NCBI GenBank assembly: GCA_963790025.1
Contig: CAWBMP010000002.1
Span: 320,001-384,000 of the forward strand
DNA: 64,000 nucleotides
Reading direction: 5' to 3'
From: Nitrospirota bacterium
GTDB lineage: Bacteria > Nitrospirota > Thermodesulfovibrionia > Thermodesulfovibrionales > Dissulfurispiraceae
A program made the position numbers and the translations under genes. The notes below the pieces were generated by a model that made no database searches, was not told the DNA's origin, and was given only the letters and a program-made list of their open reading frames with translations. Below are positions 41,766 to 54,294 of this stretch, in pieces. The stretch's first letter is position 1; the number at the start of each line of letters is the position of its first letter.

Positions 41766-42056
41766 TTACCCTTTCCCCGCAGTAGCAGCCTTCGCAGAAG
41801 CGCCCGAGTGGCCCTTAAAAGTCCTCGTCGGTGAAAATTCGCCGAGCTTATGCCCAACCATGTTCTCAGTAACATAAACGGGGATGAACTTTTTCCCATT
41901 ATGAACGGCGAAGGTAAAACCCACAAACTCAGGCACAACAGTGGAACGTCTTGACCAGGTCTTGATCATCCTTTTTTCACCGGCGCCAGTCATCATCAAT
42001 ACTTTTTTTAACAGCTTTGGCTCAACAAACGGCCCTTTTTTTAAGGATCGTGGCAC
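41766..42056 (-). CDS. rpsS: 30S ribosomal protein S19
   Basis: [17 protein letters not shown]. Confidence 0.98.
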   Translation of the reverse strand: MPRSLKKGPFVEPKLLKKVLMMTGAGEKRMIKTWSRRSTVVPEFVGFTFAVHNGKKFIPVYVTENMVGHKLGEFSPTRTFKGHSGASAKAATAGKG

Positions 42057-42078
42057 GTAATCCCTCCTCTTTAAAACC

Positions 42079-42154
42079 AGGTTGAGGTTGAGGTTAAGTA
42101 AAAAGATGCTAACGTCTTTGCTTTTTTCTTAACCTCAGCCTTAACCTCGGCCTT
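42079..42154. repeat. Inverted hexamer tandem-repeat spacer (AGGTTG / TAACCT)
   Basis: aggttgaggttgaggttaag ... cttaacctcagccttaacct. Confidence 0.8.
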
Positions 42155-42158
42155 GTCT

Positions 42159-42980
42159 CTATTTACCGCGTCTTTTTACGATTAACCTGTCAGTCCTTTT
42201 ATTGTTTCTTGTCTTTACGCCTTCCGGTTTGCCCCACGGTGAGCATGGCGGCCTGCCGCCGGACGATCTGCCTTCTCCGCCGCCGAGCGGATGATCATGC
42301 GGGTTCATAACAACTCCCCTCACATGAGGCCTTATCCCCAAATACCGCCTCCTGCCCGCTTTTCCATAAGAGATGTTTTCGTACTCCACATTTCCCACCT
42401 GGCCGACGGTCGCCATGCAAGAGGCCGCAACATACCGCGCCTCCCCCGAAGGCAGCTTTATATGGGCCAGCTGCCCCTCTTTGGCAACTAACTGCGCGGC
42501 AGCCCCTGCGCCTCTGACCAATTTTGCACCCTGGCCTGGATTAAGTTCAATATTATGGATCATGGTGCCGAGTGGTATTTCCTTTATCATTAATGCATTG
42601 CCCGGCTTGATTTCAGCATCCGACCCTGACATAACGGTATCTCCCACATTGAGCCCGACAGGCGCTAGGATGTAACGGTACTCACCGTCCCTATATTTCA
42701 ACAGGGCGATACGGGCAGATCTGTTGGGGTCATATTCAATCGTTGACACCGTCGCGGGAATGCCGGTCTTATTGCGGTTAAAATCAATAATCCTGTATTG
42801 CCGCTTATTGCCGCCTCCCTTCTGCCAGCTTGTCACCTCGCCGGTATTATTCCTGCCGCCGCTACTCTTGAGCGGTGACGTAAGCGGTTTATGAGGTTTA
42901 TCAGTAGTTACTTCACTGTAATCTGATGAACTCTGAAATCTTCTGCCGGGAGATGTCGGCTTAAACTTTCTTATTCCCAT
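42159..42980 (-). CDS. rplB: 50S ribosomal protein L2
   Basis: [27 protein letters not shown]. Confidence 0.98.
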   Translation of the reverse strand: MGIRKFKPTSPGRRFQSSSDYSEVTTDKPHKPLTSPLKSSGGRNNTGEVTSWQKGGGNKRQYRIIDFNRNKTGIPATVSTIEYDPNRSARIALLKYRDGEYRYILAPVGLNVGDTVMSGSDAEIKPGNALMIKEIPLGTMIHNIELNPGQGAKLVRGAGAAAQLVAKEGQLAHIKLPSGEARYVAASCMATVGQVGNVEYENISYGKAGRRRYLGIRPHVRGVVMNPHDHPLGGGEGRSSGGRPPCSPWGKPEGVKTRNNKRTDRLIVKRRGK

Positions 42981-43271
42981 TTACACACCCTCTATAAAGT
43001 CGAGTTTTTCACCCGGTTTCAACGTTATTATAGCTTTCTTCCTGTCGGACCTTCTGCCTGTCGACCTTCCGTACCGCTTCAGTTTTCCCCTGACATTTAT
43101 AGTTGCAACCTTTTCAACCTTGACTTTAAATATTTCCTCCACGGCCTGCCTTACTTCGTGTTTATTGGCCCTCGGATCGATTTCAACAAGAATCTTATTT
43201 TCCCTCTCCTTCATGTCCATGCCTTTTTCATTAAAAAGAGGTTTTTTTATAATGTCGTAAATTATCTTCAT
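42981..43271 (-). CDS. rplW: 50S ribosomal protein L23
   Basis: ANK.EV..AVE.IF.VKV; KKAIITL. Confidence 0.96.
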   Translation of the reverse strand: MKIIYDIIKKPLFNEKGMDMKERENKILVEIDPRANKHEVRQAVEEIFKVKVEKVATINVRGKLKRYGRSTGRRSDRKKAIITLKPGEKLDFIEGV

Positions 43272-43945
43272 GACAGCTCCTTACCCCCTACCCCAGAAGG
43301 TCCTTGACTTTCCGGGGACCCCTGCAGTTTCGACAGTGCATCGGCAGTAAAAACAAGATTATCATATGCCGCCACCGCGTGGGCATTCAGATCAACTGCC
43401 CTGACAACATCAACACCGGGGATGTTCCTTGCCGAAATGACTACATTCTTATCGCTTTCCTGCAATACGATGAGCACTGTCTTATTGGACAAACCAAGAT
43501 TCTTGAGCACCTGTATCATTTCCTTTGTCTTCGGCTTCGCGAGGGACAATGAATCGAGCAACACCACCTCGCCGTCTGCCAGTTTCATAGTCAATGCCTT
43601 AAACAGGGCCACCTTTCTCATCTGTTTCGGAAGCTTTGACGAATAGTCCCTCGGTTGAGGGCCAAAAACTATGCCACCACCCCTAAACTGCGGGGCCCTT
43701 ATGCTCCCCTGCCTTGCCCTTCCCGTATGCTTCTGCTTATAGGGCTTCTTGCCGCCGCCGCTCACCATGCCCTTTGTCTTTGTCGCATGTGTACCCTGCC
43801 TCTGGTTAGCAAGGAAATTTACCACGGATGTGTGCACCACTGAGTCGGAGGCTTCACTGCCAAAAACCCGGCCCGTAAGGTTCATAGTCCCTTTTACGTT
43901 ATTATTAATGTCTTTTATTTCAATGGTTATGTTCTCTGGCTGCAT
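43268..43945 (-). CDS. rplD: 50S ribosomal protein L4
   Basis: RQGTHATK; QKHTGRARQGS. Confidence 0.98.
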   Translation of the reverse strand: MQPENITIEIKDINNNVKGTMNLTGRVFGSEASDSVVHTSVVNFLANQRQGTHATKTKGMVSGGGKKPYKQKHTGRARQGSIRAPQFRGGGIVFGPQPRDYSSKLPKQMRKVALFKALTMKLADGEVVLLDSLSLAKPKTKEMIQVLKNLGLSNKTVLIVLQESDKNVVISARNIPGVDVVRAVDLNAHAVAAYDNLVFTADALSKLQGSPESQGPSGVGGKELS

Positions 43946-43946
43946 G

Positions 43947-44561
43947 TTATTTTCCCTTCCGAATCTCTATTATCGTGTTCGCAGACCCCGGAACCGCACC
44001 TTTTATAAGTAAAAGATTCTGCTCGGGACGGACATCAACAACGGTCATATTCTGAACGGTCACCCGGTCGCACCCCATATGCCCTGCCATCCTCATTCCC
44101 CTCCACACCCTTGAGGGGTAAGAGCTTCCACCGATTGAGCCCGGCGCTCTGTTGAACATGGAGCCGTGTGAACCCGGTCCGCCTTTGAAATTATGCCGCT
44201 TCATGACACCCTGGAACCCTTTGCCTTTCGAAATACCCGATACCGATACGACATCACCCTTGGCAAAACTTTCGGACTTTATCATATCGCCGACCTTGAG
44301 TCCGGACATCGGGAACTCCTTCAGTACTTTAAAAGCGGGCGTCCCGGCATTTTTAAAAACGCCAGCCATAGGCTTCCGCACATGCTTCGCCTTCCTCTCT
44401 TCGACAAACCCTACTTTAACAGCCTCATAGCCGTCTTTTTCAGGGGTCTTCACCTGCACAACGCAGCACGGCCCCGCTTCTACTACCGTAACCGGTACTA
44501 ATCTGCCATCTTCAGTAAATATCTGTGTCATTCCAAGTTTTTTGCCCAGTATTCCTGTCAT
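43947..44561 (-). CDS. rplC: 50S ribosomal protein L3
   Basis: [16 protein letters not shown]. Confidence 0.98.
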   Translation of the reverse strand: MTGILGKKLGMTQIFTEDGRLVPVTVVEAGPCCVVQVKTPEKDGYEAVKVGFVEERKAKHVRKPMAGVFKNAGTPAFKVLKEFPMSGLKVGDMIKSESFAKGDVVSVSGISKGKGFQGVMKRHNFKGGPGSHGSMFNRAPGSIGGSSYPSRVWRGMRMAGHMGCDRVTVQNMTVVDVRPEQNLLLIKGAVPGSANTIIEIRKGK

Positions 44562-44863
44562 AGCTTTATCTCCACATCTACTCCTGAGGCAAGCTCAAGC
44601 TTCATCAGCGCATCCACAGTATCCGGTGTGGGGTCGTAAATATCGACCAGCCGCTTGTGCGTGCGGATCTCGAATTGCTCTCGCGACTTCTTGTCTACGT
44701 GAGGCGACCTCAAAACAGTATATTTGCTGACCTGTGTCGGTAAGGGCACCGGCCCCGCAACCCGGGCGCCTGTCCTTTGCGCAGTAACAACAATTTCCCT
44801 TACAGACTGGTCCAGCAGCCTGTGGTCGTATGCTTTCAGTTTTATTCTTATTTTTTGATTCAC
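44558..44863 (-). CDS. rpsJ: 30S ribosomal protein S10 (GTG start)
   Basis: [25 protein letters not shown]. Confidence 0.97.
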   Translation of the reverse strand: MNQKIRIKLKAYDHRLLDQSVREIVVTAQRTGARVAGPVPLPTQVSKYTVLRSPHVDKKSREQFEIRTHKRLVDIYDPTPDTVDALMKLELASGVDVEIKL

Positions 44864-44867
44864 CGCA

Positions 44868-46067
<1,200 letters not shown>

Positions 46068-46084
46068 ATCTCCTCCTCCATTTC

Positions 46085-46190
46085 GCGTTCAGCGTGCTGC
46101 GTGCTTACGGCACCTACTGCTGGTTCAGCCTACAACGTCAAAAATATTAAATTTAATTTCATACGTACAACGCTGAATCCTGCACGCAGT
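46085..46190. repeat. Degenerate inverted heptamer-periodic spacer (GCGTTCA-like)
   Basis: gcgttcagcgtgctgcgtgc ... aacgctgaatcctgcacgcag between fusA and tuf. Confidence 0.5.
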
Positions 46191-46198
46191 ATGTTGTT

Positions 46199-48277
46199 CT
46201 AGTCGCCTTTTACTTTCGCTACTATGCCTTCCATAATATTCTTGGGCACTTCTTCATAGTTCGAAAATTGCATGGTATAAGTCGCTCTCCCCTGGGTCTT
46301 GGATCTGAGGTCCGTAGAATAACCGAACATGTCAGCCAGGGGTACCATCGCCTTTATCACCTGAGCGCCGGCCCTTTGTTCCATCGACTGGATTTTGCCG
46401 CGCCGTGAATTCAAATCCCCGATAACATCACCCATATACTCCTCGGGAGTAACTACCTCGACGCTCATGATGGGCTCTATTAAAACCAGTTGGGCCTTCT
46501 TTGCGCCATCTTTCAAGGCCATTGACCCTGCTATTTTAAAAGCCATTTCAGAGGAATCGACCTCATGGTACGATCCGTCAATCAGAGATACTTTTGCATC
46601 GACAAGAGGATAACCGGCCAGCACCCCGCCTACCATGGCCTCTTTCACTCCCTTTTCAACAGCAGGAATATATTCTCTTGGGATAGAGCCACCCACAATC
46701 TTGTTCTCAAATTCAAACCCCTTGCCGCGCTCAAGCGGAGCTATGTCGATCCATATATGCCCGTATTGGCCGCGGCCGCCAGACTGGCGTACAAACTTTC
46801 CTTCCACCCTCGCAGTACCTTTTATCGTTTCTTTATATGCCACCTGGGGTTTGCCAACATTGGCCCCGACTTTAAATTCTCTTAATAACCTGTCGACGAT
46901 TATTTCGAGATGGAGTTCGCCCATTCCGGATATGATGGTCTGGCCGGTTTCCTCATCGAATGAGACTCTGAATGAAGGATCTTCCTGGGCAAGCTTAGCC
47001 AGCGAGTGTGACAGCTTCTCCTGATCGGCCTTTGTCTTTGGTTCGATTGCAACGGATATAACAGGATCTGGAAACTCCATTTTTTCGAGGATGACAGGGT
47101 TGTTCTCATCGCACAGGGTATCGCCGGTCAGGGTGCTCTTCAATCCTACCACTGCCGCTATATCTCCAGCCACAACTTCCTTTATTTCCTCTCTTTTGTT
47201 GGCGTGCATCTTGACTAGCCTGCCGATTCTTTCCCTTACATCCTTGGTCGAATTATAGATATAGGAGCCTGCGCTTAGCACACCTGAATACACCCTTACA
47301 AACGTAAGCTGACCTACGAAGGGATCAGCCATTATCTTAAACGCCAGGGCGGAAAAAGGCTCGTCTTCGGATGCCTTCCTTGGTACCTCGGTGCCGTCGG
47401 ACGGCAGTTTTCCCATCATGGGGGGGACATCAAGAGGAGATGGAAGGTAATCGACAATTGCATCGAGCAGCAGTTGAACTCCCTTATTCTTAAAGGCAGA
47501 CCCGCACAGTACAGGGGTAAGTTTCAGCTCTATGGTACCTTTACGTAAGGCTTGCCTGATCTCTGTTGCAGATACTTCCTTTCCTGAAAGGTACTTATCC
47601 ATTATTTCTTCATCTACATCGGCAATTGATTCAATCATCTTTTCCCTGAACTCTTTCGCCTTTGGTAAAAGTTCGGCCGGGATCTCATCCTCGACATATT
47701 TTGCTCCGAGCGTTTCGTCATCGAAAAATAAGGCCTTCATTGTTACAAGGTCTATGGATCCTCTCAATTTATCTTCGCTGCCGATCGGTATTTGAACAGG
47801 GACCGGATTGGCGCCCAATCTTTGCACCATGCTGTCGACAGCCATAAAGAAATCGGCCCCCACTCTGTCCATTTTGTTCATGAAGGCAATCCTCGGCACG
47901 TTGTATTTATTGGCCTGTCTCCATACTGTCTCGGATTGGGGCTCAACTCCGGCAACGGCGTCGAACACAGCAACAGCACCATCAAGCACTCTGAGGGAAC
48001 GCTCGACTTCTATAGTGAAGTCAACGTGGCCGGGAGTATCAATAATATTAATGATGTGGTCTCTCCACAGGCACGTGGTAGCAGCCGAGGTTATGGTAAT
48101 GCCCCGCTCCTGCTCCTGGACCATCCAGTCCATTACGGCCGTACCTTCATGCACTTCACCTATCTTATAAGTAACACCTGTATAGAAAAGTATACGCTCC
48201 GTCGTTGTCGTCTTTCCGGCATCGATGTGCGCCATTATCCCGATATTACGCGTATTTTCTAAGGAAACTCTCGCCAC
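46199..48277 (-). CDS. fusA: Elongation factor G (GTG start)
   Basis: [29 protein letters not shown]. Confidence 0.98.
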   Translation of the reverse strand: MARVSLENTRNIGIMAHIDAGKTTTTERILFYTGVTYKIGEVHEGTAVMDWMVQEQERGITITSAATTCLWRDHIINIIDTPGHVDFTIEVERSLRVLDGAVAVFDAVAGVEPQSETVWRQANKYNVPRIAFMNKMDRVGADFFMAVDSMVQRLGANPVPVQIPIGSEDKLRGSIDLVTMKALFFDDETLGAKYVEDEIPAELLPKAKEFREKMIESIADVDEEIMDKYLSGKEVSATEIRQALRKGTIELKLTPVLCGSAFKNKGVQLLLDAIVDYLPSPLDVPPMMGKLPSDGTEVPRKASEDEPFSALAFKIMADPFVGQLTFVRVYSGVLSAGSYIYNSTKDVRERIGRLVKMHANKREEIKEVVAGDIAAVVGLKSTLTGDTLCDENNPVILEKMEFPDPVISVAIEPKTKADQEKLSHSLAKLAQEDPSFRVSFDEETGQTIISGMGELHLEIIVDRLLREFKVGANVGKPQVAYKETIKGTARVEGKFVRQSGGRGQYGHIWIDIAPLERGKGFEFENKIVGGSIPREYIPAVEKGVKEAMVGGVLAGYPLVDAKVSLIDGSYHEVDSSEMAFKIAGSMALKDGAKKAQLVLIEPIMSVEVVTPEEYMGDVIGDLNSRRGKIQSMEQRAGAQVIKAMVPLADMFGYSTDLRSKTQGRATYTMQFSNYEEVPKNIMEGIVAKVKGD

Positions 48278-48291
48278 AGCCTGCAAACTCC

Positions 48292-48762
48292 TTACCACCG
48301 GTAATGGGCAAAGGCCCTGTTAGCCTCTGCCATCTTGTGAGTGTCTTCTTTTTTCTTTATGGAAGAGCCGGTGTTGTTGTATGCATCCAGCAATTCTCCG
48401 GCAACTCTTTCCCTCATCGTCTTTTCCTTGCGCAGCCGGGCATAACTTATCACCCAACGCAGGGCCAGAGCTATTTTCCTCTGGGGCCTGACCTCCATAG
48501 GTACCTGGTATGTCGCACCGCCAACCCTCCTCGGCTTTACTTCGAGAAGAGGCTTTACATTTTCTACAGCAGTCTTGAAAACTTTGAGCGGGTCCGACCC
48601 TGTCTTCTCTTTCAGGATATCGAATGCACCGTAACATATAGACTCGGCAGTGGACATTTTCCCATCCTTCAAGAGGACGGTCATGAACCTGGTCACCAGC
48701 TTGCTGCTGTATTTAGGGTCAGGGAGAATCTCTCTTTTTTCTGCTACTCTTCTTCTTGCCAT
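48292..48762 (-). CDS. rpsG: 30S ribosomal protein S7
   Basis: [24 protein letters not shown]. Confidence 0.98.
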   Translation of the reverse strand: MARRRVAEKREILPDPKYSSKLVTRFMTVLLKDGKMSTAESICYGAFDILKEKTGSDPLKVFKTAVENVKPLLEVKPRRVGGATYQVPMEVRPQRKIALALRWVISYARLRKEKTMRERVAGELLDAYNNTGSSIKKKEDTHKMAEANRAFAHYRW

Positions 48763-48798
48763 GTATAGTGCTCCGGTTATGTTTAAATTTTGGTTTGG

Positions 48799-49170
48799 TT
48801 ACTTGGGTCTCTTAGCGCCGTATTTTGACCTGCCCTGGCGCCTGTCGGCCACACCTGCACAATCAAGCGCTCCCCTCAAAATATGATATCGCACGCCGGG
48901 AAGATCTTTGACCCTGCCGCCTCTGATCAGAACGATGGAATGCTCCTGAAGGTTGTGCCCCACGCCGGGAATATATGCTGTTACCTCCATCCCGTTTGTA
49001 AGCCTGACCCTCGCCACTTTCCTCAAGGCAGAGTTCGGCTTTTTAGGCGTGGTGGTATACACCCTTACGCACACTCCGCGCTTTTGCGGACAACTCTTAA
49101 GCGCAGGGCTCTTAGTCTTCCTCTCCACTTTCTTTCGTCCGTTCTTTACCAACTGTGCAATTGTAGGCAC
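48799..49170 (-). CDS. rpsL: 30S ribosomal protein S12 (GTG start)
   Basis: [19 protein letters not shown]. Confidence 0.98.
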   Translation of the reverse strand: MPTIAQLVKNGRKKVERKTKSPALKSCPQKRGVCVRVYTTTPKKPNSALRKVARVRLTNGMEVTAYIPGVGHNLQEHSIVLIRGGRVKDLPGVRYHILRGALDCAGVADRRQGRSKYGAKRPK

Positions 49171-49229
49171 TTTTCCTCCACACAATACAATTATTAATGA
49201 AAAGCTCCGGTTTGCCGGAAAACCCTAAA

Positions 49230-49258
49230 AGTGTACCAGAGACATCTTCTCTTGTCAA
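49230..49258 (-). promoter_or_regulatory. sigma70 promoter of the str operon
   Basis: TTGACA-N17-TACACT with TG extension on the minus strand. Confidence 0.8.
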
Positions 49259-49402
49259 GTTATCAGGCAAGACTGTAATGAAACCGTCCCGATACACCAG
49301 GAAAGAGAAATATAACATAATGGAATAAAAAAAATAAAGTAATTTTTATGATATACTTTTGCTAACTGCAGGAGAGAGTGTTTTGAGGCAAAAAAAGATA
49401 GA

Positions 49403-50056
49403 ATGGCCGACGCTAAAACCATAACCGATCTGCTATTTAAAAAGTACCCCGACGCCGGGATTGCACTTCATTTCCGGGGCCCTTTCGAGCTCCTTGTCGC
49501 AACTATCCTCTCCGCCCAATGTCCTGATATCAGAGTAAATAAGGTCACCGAAACGCTCTTTAAGCGATACCGCACGGCTGAACAATTTGCCCAGGCTGAC
49601 AGCAGGGACCTTGAGCGGGAGATCTCCAGCATAACTTATTTCCGGAGCAAGGCGAAGACAATAATCGACTGCTGCAAAAAACTGACGGAAGATTTCCATG
49701 GAAAAGTCCCGCAGGCCATGGATGAGCTTGTCAGCCTTCCAGGTGTCGGAAGAAAAACCGCTAATGTAATACTCGGGTGCGCCTTTGGACAGCAGGCTAT
49801 TCCTGTAGATACCCATGTGCTCAGGGTGACAGACCGGCTCGGGCTCTCTCATTCGACTAATCCCGACAAAATGGAACAGGAACTGATGCGGCAAATAGCG
49901 CCGGATTCATGGACACGTTTCAGCCTTGCCCTAATCCTGCACGGAAGGGAAACCTGCACTGCGAAGCGACCCCGTTGCTCCGTTTGCGTTTTATATTCCT
50001 TATGCGAGTGGCCCGAAAAAACAGTGTATAAAAAGAAAAACGATGCGTTTTCCTGA
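49403..50056 (+). CDS. nth: Endonuclease III
   Basis: LSAQ, LPGVGRKTANV, VDTHV, C-terminal four-Cys FeS motif. Confidence 0.95.
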   Translation: MADAKTITDLLFKKYPDAGIALHFRGPFELLVATILSAQCPDIRVNKVTETLFKRYRTAEQFAQADSRDLEREISSITYFRSKAKTIIDCCKKLTEDFHGKVPQAMDELVSLPGVGRKTANVILGCAFGQQAIPVDTHVLRVTDRLGLSHSTNPDKMEQELMRQIAPDSWTRFSLALILHGRETCTAKRPRCSVCVLYSLCEWPEKTVYKKKNDAFS

Positions 50057-50849
50057 ACTCTCCATTGAGGAAATCAGAGACCGATTAAATATGGACGGTC
50101 CATATTTAATCGGTAGTGAAATCCTGTTTTTTCCGGTAACCGGCTCAACAAACACGGCCGCCGCCGAACTAGCAGCAAAGGGACAGCGCGAAGGGACTGT
50201 TATCATTGCGGACAGCCAGACAGGAGGAAGAGGAAGACGCGGCAGGTCATGGGTATCTCCAGCCGGAAAGAACCTGTATTTAAGCATAATACTGCGGCCC
50301 TGCATGCCACCGAGGGATGCGTCAATACTTACGCTTATGTCGGCAGTTGCCTGTGCGTCAGCTTTACAAAAAATCTCTTCCGTTGCCGTATCTATCAAAT
50401 GGCCTAACGATTTAATGGTGGCGGATAAAAAATTGGGGGGCATCCTGACCGAGATGAAGACGGACACCGACCACATTGATTATGCAGTAATCGGGATAGG
50501 GATCAATATAAATCTCGATAGTTCCGATATGCCTGATGACATCAGGCATACGGCAACATCGGTCAGACTTCAGGCGGGACAACCCCAAACAAGGACGCAG
50601 TATGCGGTCGAAATAATAAAATCACTGGACTACTGGTATGCTATTCTTCTCAAATCCGGAAAGGGTCCGGTTATCGATTCCTGGCGGCGCCTGTCCTCCA
50701 CGATAGGCCATACCGTGACCGCCACGTCGGGAGAGGTCCAGGTCACGGGCCTTGCCGAGGACATTGATGCCGAAGGGGCACTTCTACTTAAGCTCGAAGA
50801 CAATTCCCTTGTAAAAATAAACGCCGGAGATGTTATTGTACTGAGGTAA
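50043..50849 (+). CDS. birA: Biotin--protein ligase without HTH
   Basis: STN, QTGGRGRRGRSW, KWPND, KLGGIL. Confidence 0.95.
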   Translation: MRFPELSIEEIRDRLNMDGPYLIGSEILFFPVTGSTNTAAAELAAKGQREGTVIIADSQTGGRGRRGRSWVSPAGKNLYLSIILRPCMPPRDASILTLMSAVACASALQKISSVAVSIKWPNDLMVADKKLGGILTEMKTDTDHIDYAVIGIGININLDSSDMPDDIRHTATSVRLQAGQPQTRTQYAVEIIKSLDYWYAILLKSGKGPVIDSWRRLSSTIGHTVTATSGEVQVTGLAEDIDAEGALLLKLEDNSLVKINAGDVIVLR

Positions 50850-50851
50850 AT

Positions 50852-51676
50852 ATGCTGATTGCTGTCGATATCGGAAATTCTACTATCGGGATCGCTCTAT
50901 ATGCCGATCCTTCAAAGAGTTCGTCTCTGAGCGTCGAAAAGGTACCCACTCACCCTGCCAGAACAGCGGGTTTTTATAAACTGCTTATGTCCCAGATGAT
51001 AAAAGAGGCACATTCCGGGAATATGCCCGCTTCGATTTCCGCTATTGTTTCTTCAGTTGTTCCGGCCAGAAGCACTGTAATAACCAAAGCCCTTGTCTCT
51101 TTATGCAAAAAGCAGCCAATTTATGTCAATGCCGGAATCAACAGCGGTCTCACATTTAACGTAAAGGAACCATTCAAACTCGGGGCCGACAGGATCGCAA
51201 ATGCAGTTGCCGGGGTGAGCCATAGCAAGGGCCGTCCTGCGGCAATTGTGGACTTCGGCACGGCAACCACTATTACGGTTGTAGGGACACGGCTCACTTT
51301 TTTAGGCGGCGCCATTTTCCCGGGCATCGATCTCATGCGAAAAGCACTACACTCCGAAACTGCTAAACTGCCTCTTGTCTCTACCGATGCCGGGGTCCCC
51401 GAAAAGTCGCAGACTTTTCGGAGTGCATCAAGGAGGACCGCTCTGGGGAAGGATACTGCCTCATCCATTATATCCGGCATTGTATACGGAACTGTGGGAG
51501 CGGTGGAGAAGCTGATAAAAATGATGGAGAAAGAGGTTGAATTTAAGTTACAATTAGTCCTGACAGGAGGGAACGCGTTGTTTATGTCCTCTTTTATAAA
51601 CAGGCCTTTTACTCTTCGTCCTAATCTTACATTTGAGGGACTGAGGCTGTTATATATAAAAACAGCAAATGAGTGA
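50852..51676 (+). CDS. coaX: Type III pantothenate kinase
   Basis: DIGNS, LGADR, DFGTATT, GGAI.PG, TGG. Confidence 0.95.
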   Translation: MLIAVDIGNSTIGIALYADPSKSSSLSVEKVPTHPARTAGFYKLLMSQMIKEAHSGNMPASISAIVSSVVPARSTVITKALVSLCKKQPIYVNAGINSGLTFNVKEPFKLGADRIANAVAGVSHSKGRPAAIVDFGTATTITVVGTRLTFLGGAIFPGIDLMRKALHSETAKLPLVSTDAGVPEKSQTFRSASRRTALGKDTASSIISGIVYGTVGAVEKLIKMMEKEVEFKLQLVLTGGNALFMSSFINRPFTLRPNLTFEGLRLLYIKTANE

Positions 51677-51737
51677 ATGAGCGTATGGGCAAATGGGTTT
51701 TACTCATTTACCCATATACCCATTTACCCATTTACCA
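51667..51737. repeat. Inverted octamer tandem-repeat spacer (AAATGGGT / ACCCATTT)
   Basis: aaatgagtgaatgagcgtatgggcaaatggg ... actcatttacccatatacccatttacccattt. Confidence 0.85.
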
Positions 51738-51761
51738 TCTTCGAGAAGGAGGATTATTATT

Positions 51762-52199
51762 GTGTTGACCCAAAAGATTCTTTTCCCTACCGATTTTTCC
51801 GAAGGGGCATTGCATGCCCTCCCATATGCAGCGGATATGGCAAAGACCTGCTGTGCAAAACTGTATATGATACACGTGATCTATGATGTCGCAACGGCAT
51901 CAGGGCTCTATGTACCTCATGTTTCCTTTGATCAGATGTATCTGGACCTCGAGAAAAGCGCCAAAAAGGAGCTCGAGAAATTCGGCTATGATGAACGGAA
52001 GGACATAAAGGATGTCGAATATGCGGTGCTGCGGGGAATTCCCTATGAGGAAATCCTGAAATTCGCCCAGGAAAAAAATATCAGCATTATTGTTATAGGA
52101 ACCCACGGCAGAAAGGGACTGGACCGTTTCTTATTCGGGAGCACGGCAGAAAAGGTGGTGCGTTATTCCGCATGCCCGGTCCTGACTGTCAGGGGGTAA
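51762..52199 (+). CDS. Universal stress protein
   Basis: KILFPTDFS; GTHGRKGL..FLFGSTAEKVVR...CPVLTV; AGGAGG RBS. Confidence 0.93.
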   Translation: MLTQKILFPTDFSEGALHALPYAADMAKTCCAKLYMIHVIYDVATASGLYVPHVSFDQMYLDLEKSAKKELEKFGYDERKDIKDVEYAVLRGIPYEEILKFAQEKNISIIVIGTHGRKGLDRFLFGSTAEKVVRYSACPVLTVRG

Positions 52200-52201
52200 G
52201 A

Positions 52202-52299
52202 AAAAAGGCAGAGGTAAGGGCAGAGGTAGAGAACTAAGAAAAGAAACTTCGTCTTTATCTTTACCTTTATCTGTACCTGTACTTCCACCTTTGCCTTTT
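52202..52299. repeat. Inverted hexamer tandem-repeat spacer (AGGYAR / YTRCCT)
   Basis: Reverse-oriented relative of 7427-7494. Confidence 0.75.
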
Positions 52300-52307
52300 G
52301 AATTATC

Positions 52308-53438
52308 ATGATACGCACTAATGTCCTTGTTATTGGCGGCGGTCCTGCCGGGGCTACGGCTGCACGAATACTGGCGCGCAATAAGATCGAGACCACCCTT
52401 GTCGAACGTGATCTCTCCTATGCAAAACCATGCGGCGGCGGCATTCCATCTTCCGCCTTCGACGAGCTGGACATTCCCGAATGCACCATCAAAAAGAAGG
52501 TTAAAAAAATCAGCATCATATCTCCGAACGGTGAAAGGATCGATATAGATCTCTCCGGGGGATGCCTTTGCATGACCGAGAGAGGGGCGTTCGATGCACA
52601 GTTAAGAGACCTGGCAATTGTCCAGGGCGCTTCAGTCATAGAAGGCATGTTCAGCAGATTCGAGAAGACCGGCAGACCCATCATCTCGGTAATAACCCGA
52701 AAATCAACACGCGAGGAAGTGCGTGTCAAGGCAGACTATGTTATCGCAGCAGACGGGATAACGTCCAAAGTTGCTGCGTCGTTACAAGTGCCGGGGCCGC
52801 GGACCATTAATACTGTCAGCGCCCATATCAAACCCGCGGATTATGACGCTTGCGAGTTCTGGTTCGGGACCGAGCACGCATCGAATTTCTATTCCTGGGT
52901 TTTTCCCTCCGTGGGGTATGCTTCAATAGGCACCGGCAGTTCATCGCCGCGGACCCTTACTTCTTTTCTTGATACATTTGTCAGGAGAAGGTTCAACGCC
53001 CAACTGACTGAATTAAACAGACAAAAACTTCTCGGCAAACCCAGGGCTTTCAAGATGCCTGACTGGACCGGGACCCTGTTCAACAAAGAGAACGTCCTCT
53101 TTGCCGGCGATGCAGCGGGCATGGTAATGCCCGTAATCTACGAGGGAATATACTATGCCATGAAATCCGGCGAATTTGCGGCACTGGCTCTCATAGACGG
53201 AAGTCCTGACTCCTATAGAAAACTCTGGAACAGCAGGTTCCGTACGCAATTTCTACTCATGCGGACAATAAAACAGCATCTTTTCAGGGACAATGAAAAC
53301 ATAGAAAAATGGGTCGCGCTCCATAAGAGGCCCGACGTGCAGGAACTTGCGGTAAAGTTATGGCTCAACAAGAAAGACAGCAAAAGCGGCATCCTCAGGG
53401 CTTATATCAAGTTATTCAGCCATTTTTTTAAGTTCTGA
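52308..53438 (+). CDS. Geranylgeranyl reductase-family flavoprotein (ChlP/BchP-like)
   Basis: GGGPAG, KPCGGGIP, AADG, YSWVFP, GDAAG, EGIYYAM.SG. Confidence 0.88.
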   Translation: MIRTNVLVIGGGPAGATAARILARNKIETTLVERDLSYAKPCGGGIPSSAFDELDIPECTIKKKVKKISIISPNGERIDIDLSGGCLCMTERGAFDAQLRDLAIVQGASVIEGMFSRFEKTGRPIISVITRKSTREEVRVKADYVIAADGITSKVAASLQVPGPRTINTVSAHIKPADYDACEFWFGTEHASNFYSWVFPSVGYASIGTGSSSPRTLTSFLDTFVRRRFNAQLTELNRQKLLGKPRAFKMPDWTGTLFNKENVLFAGDAAGMVMPVIYEGIYYAMKSGEFAALALIDGSPDSYRKLWNSRFRTQFLLMRTIKQHLFRDNENIEKWVALHKRPDVQELAVKLWLNKKDSKSGILRAYIKLFSHFFKF

Positions 53439-53453
53439 TTACCCGCTAAAACA

Positions 53454-54218
53454 ATGACTAAGAAGCATCTCGGACAAAATTTTCTTTTCGACCCTTCCAT
53501 CCTTCACAGGGTCGTTGAAAGCTCCGGCATTACCGGCGACGATACTGTAGTAGAGATAGGACCCGGTCACGGCAGCCTTACTGCGGTCCTTGCGAATATT
53601 GCCAAAAAAGTTATTGCAATAGAGCTTGATGATAGTCTCTACAGCAAACTCCGGGAAAGGTTCAGCGGCTCCGGCAACATCGTGCTCGTCCACGGCGATG
53701 CCCTCTCTTATGCCTATGAAACCCTGGGACCATTCAAGGTTGTGGCTAATATTCCTTATTATATTACGACCCCGATCATCTTCAGGCTCATGGAAACTGG
53801 AAAACGGCTCGCGTCCATGACACTGACGGTCCAGAAAGAAGTTGCGGAAAGAATAGTCGCCGGGCCGAATACAAGGGACTACGGCATCCTGTCGATAGCG
53901 GTCCAATATGCAGCAATCCCGAAAATGGAATTCATTATTTCTCGAGAAGCGTTCAGACCCGCTCCCAAAGTGGACTCCGCCGTAATACATCTGACAATGC
54001 GCGATACACCACAGGTTGCGGTTGAGGACGAAGCCTTTCTCTTCACCGTCATAAGGACCGCCTTTGGCCAGCGCAGAAAGACCCTTTCAAACGCCCTGAA
54101 ACCGCTCTCACCGGAAATCAGGGAAAAACTGACCCGCAGCGGTATCGATCCACGCAGAAGGGCGGAAACCCTCACCATAGAGGAGTTTGCAGCACTGGCG
54201 GACGCACTGAAAGAATAA
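53454..54218 (+). CDS. rsmA: 16S rRNA m6,2A dimethyltransferase
   Basis: LGQNFL, EIGPG, ANIPY, F.PAPKVDS, QRRKTL. Confidence 0.97.
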   Translation: MTKKHLGQNFLFDPSILHRVVESSGITGDDTVVEIGPGHGSLTAVLANIAKKVIAIELDDSLYSKLRERFSGSGNIVLVHGDALSYAYETLGPFKVVANIPYYITTPIIFRLMETGKRLASMTLTVQKEVAERIVAGPNTRDYGILSIAVQYAAIPKMEFIISREAFRPAPKVDSAVIHLTMRDTPQVAVEDEAFLFTVIRTAFGQRRKTLSNALKPLSPEIREKLTRSGIDPRRRAETLTIEEFAALADALKE

Positions 54219-54294
54219 CAATAATAACAAGTACTAAAATGTGGTATATTAGAAAACTGGCCTTGCACATATACCCTATTAGGAGTTGGAAGGG

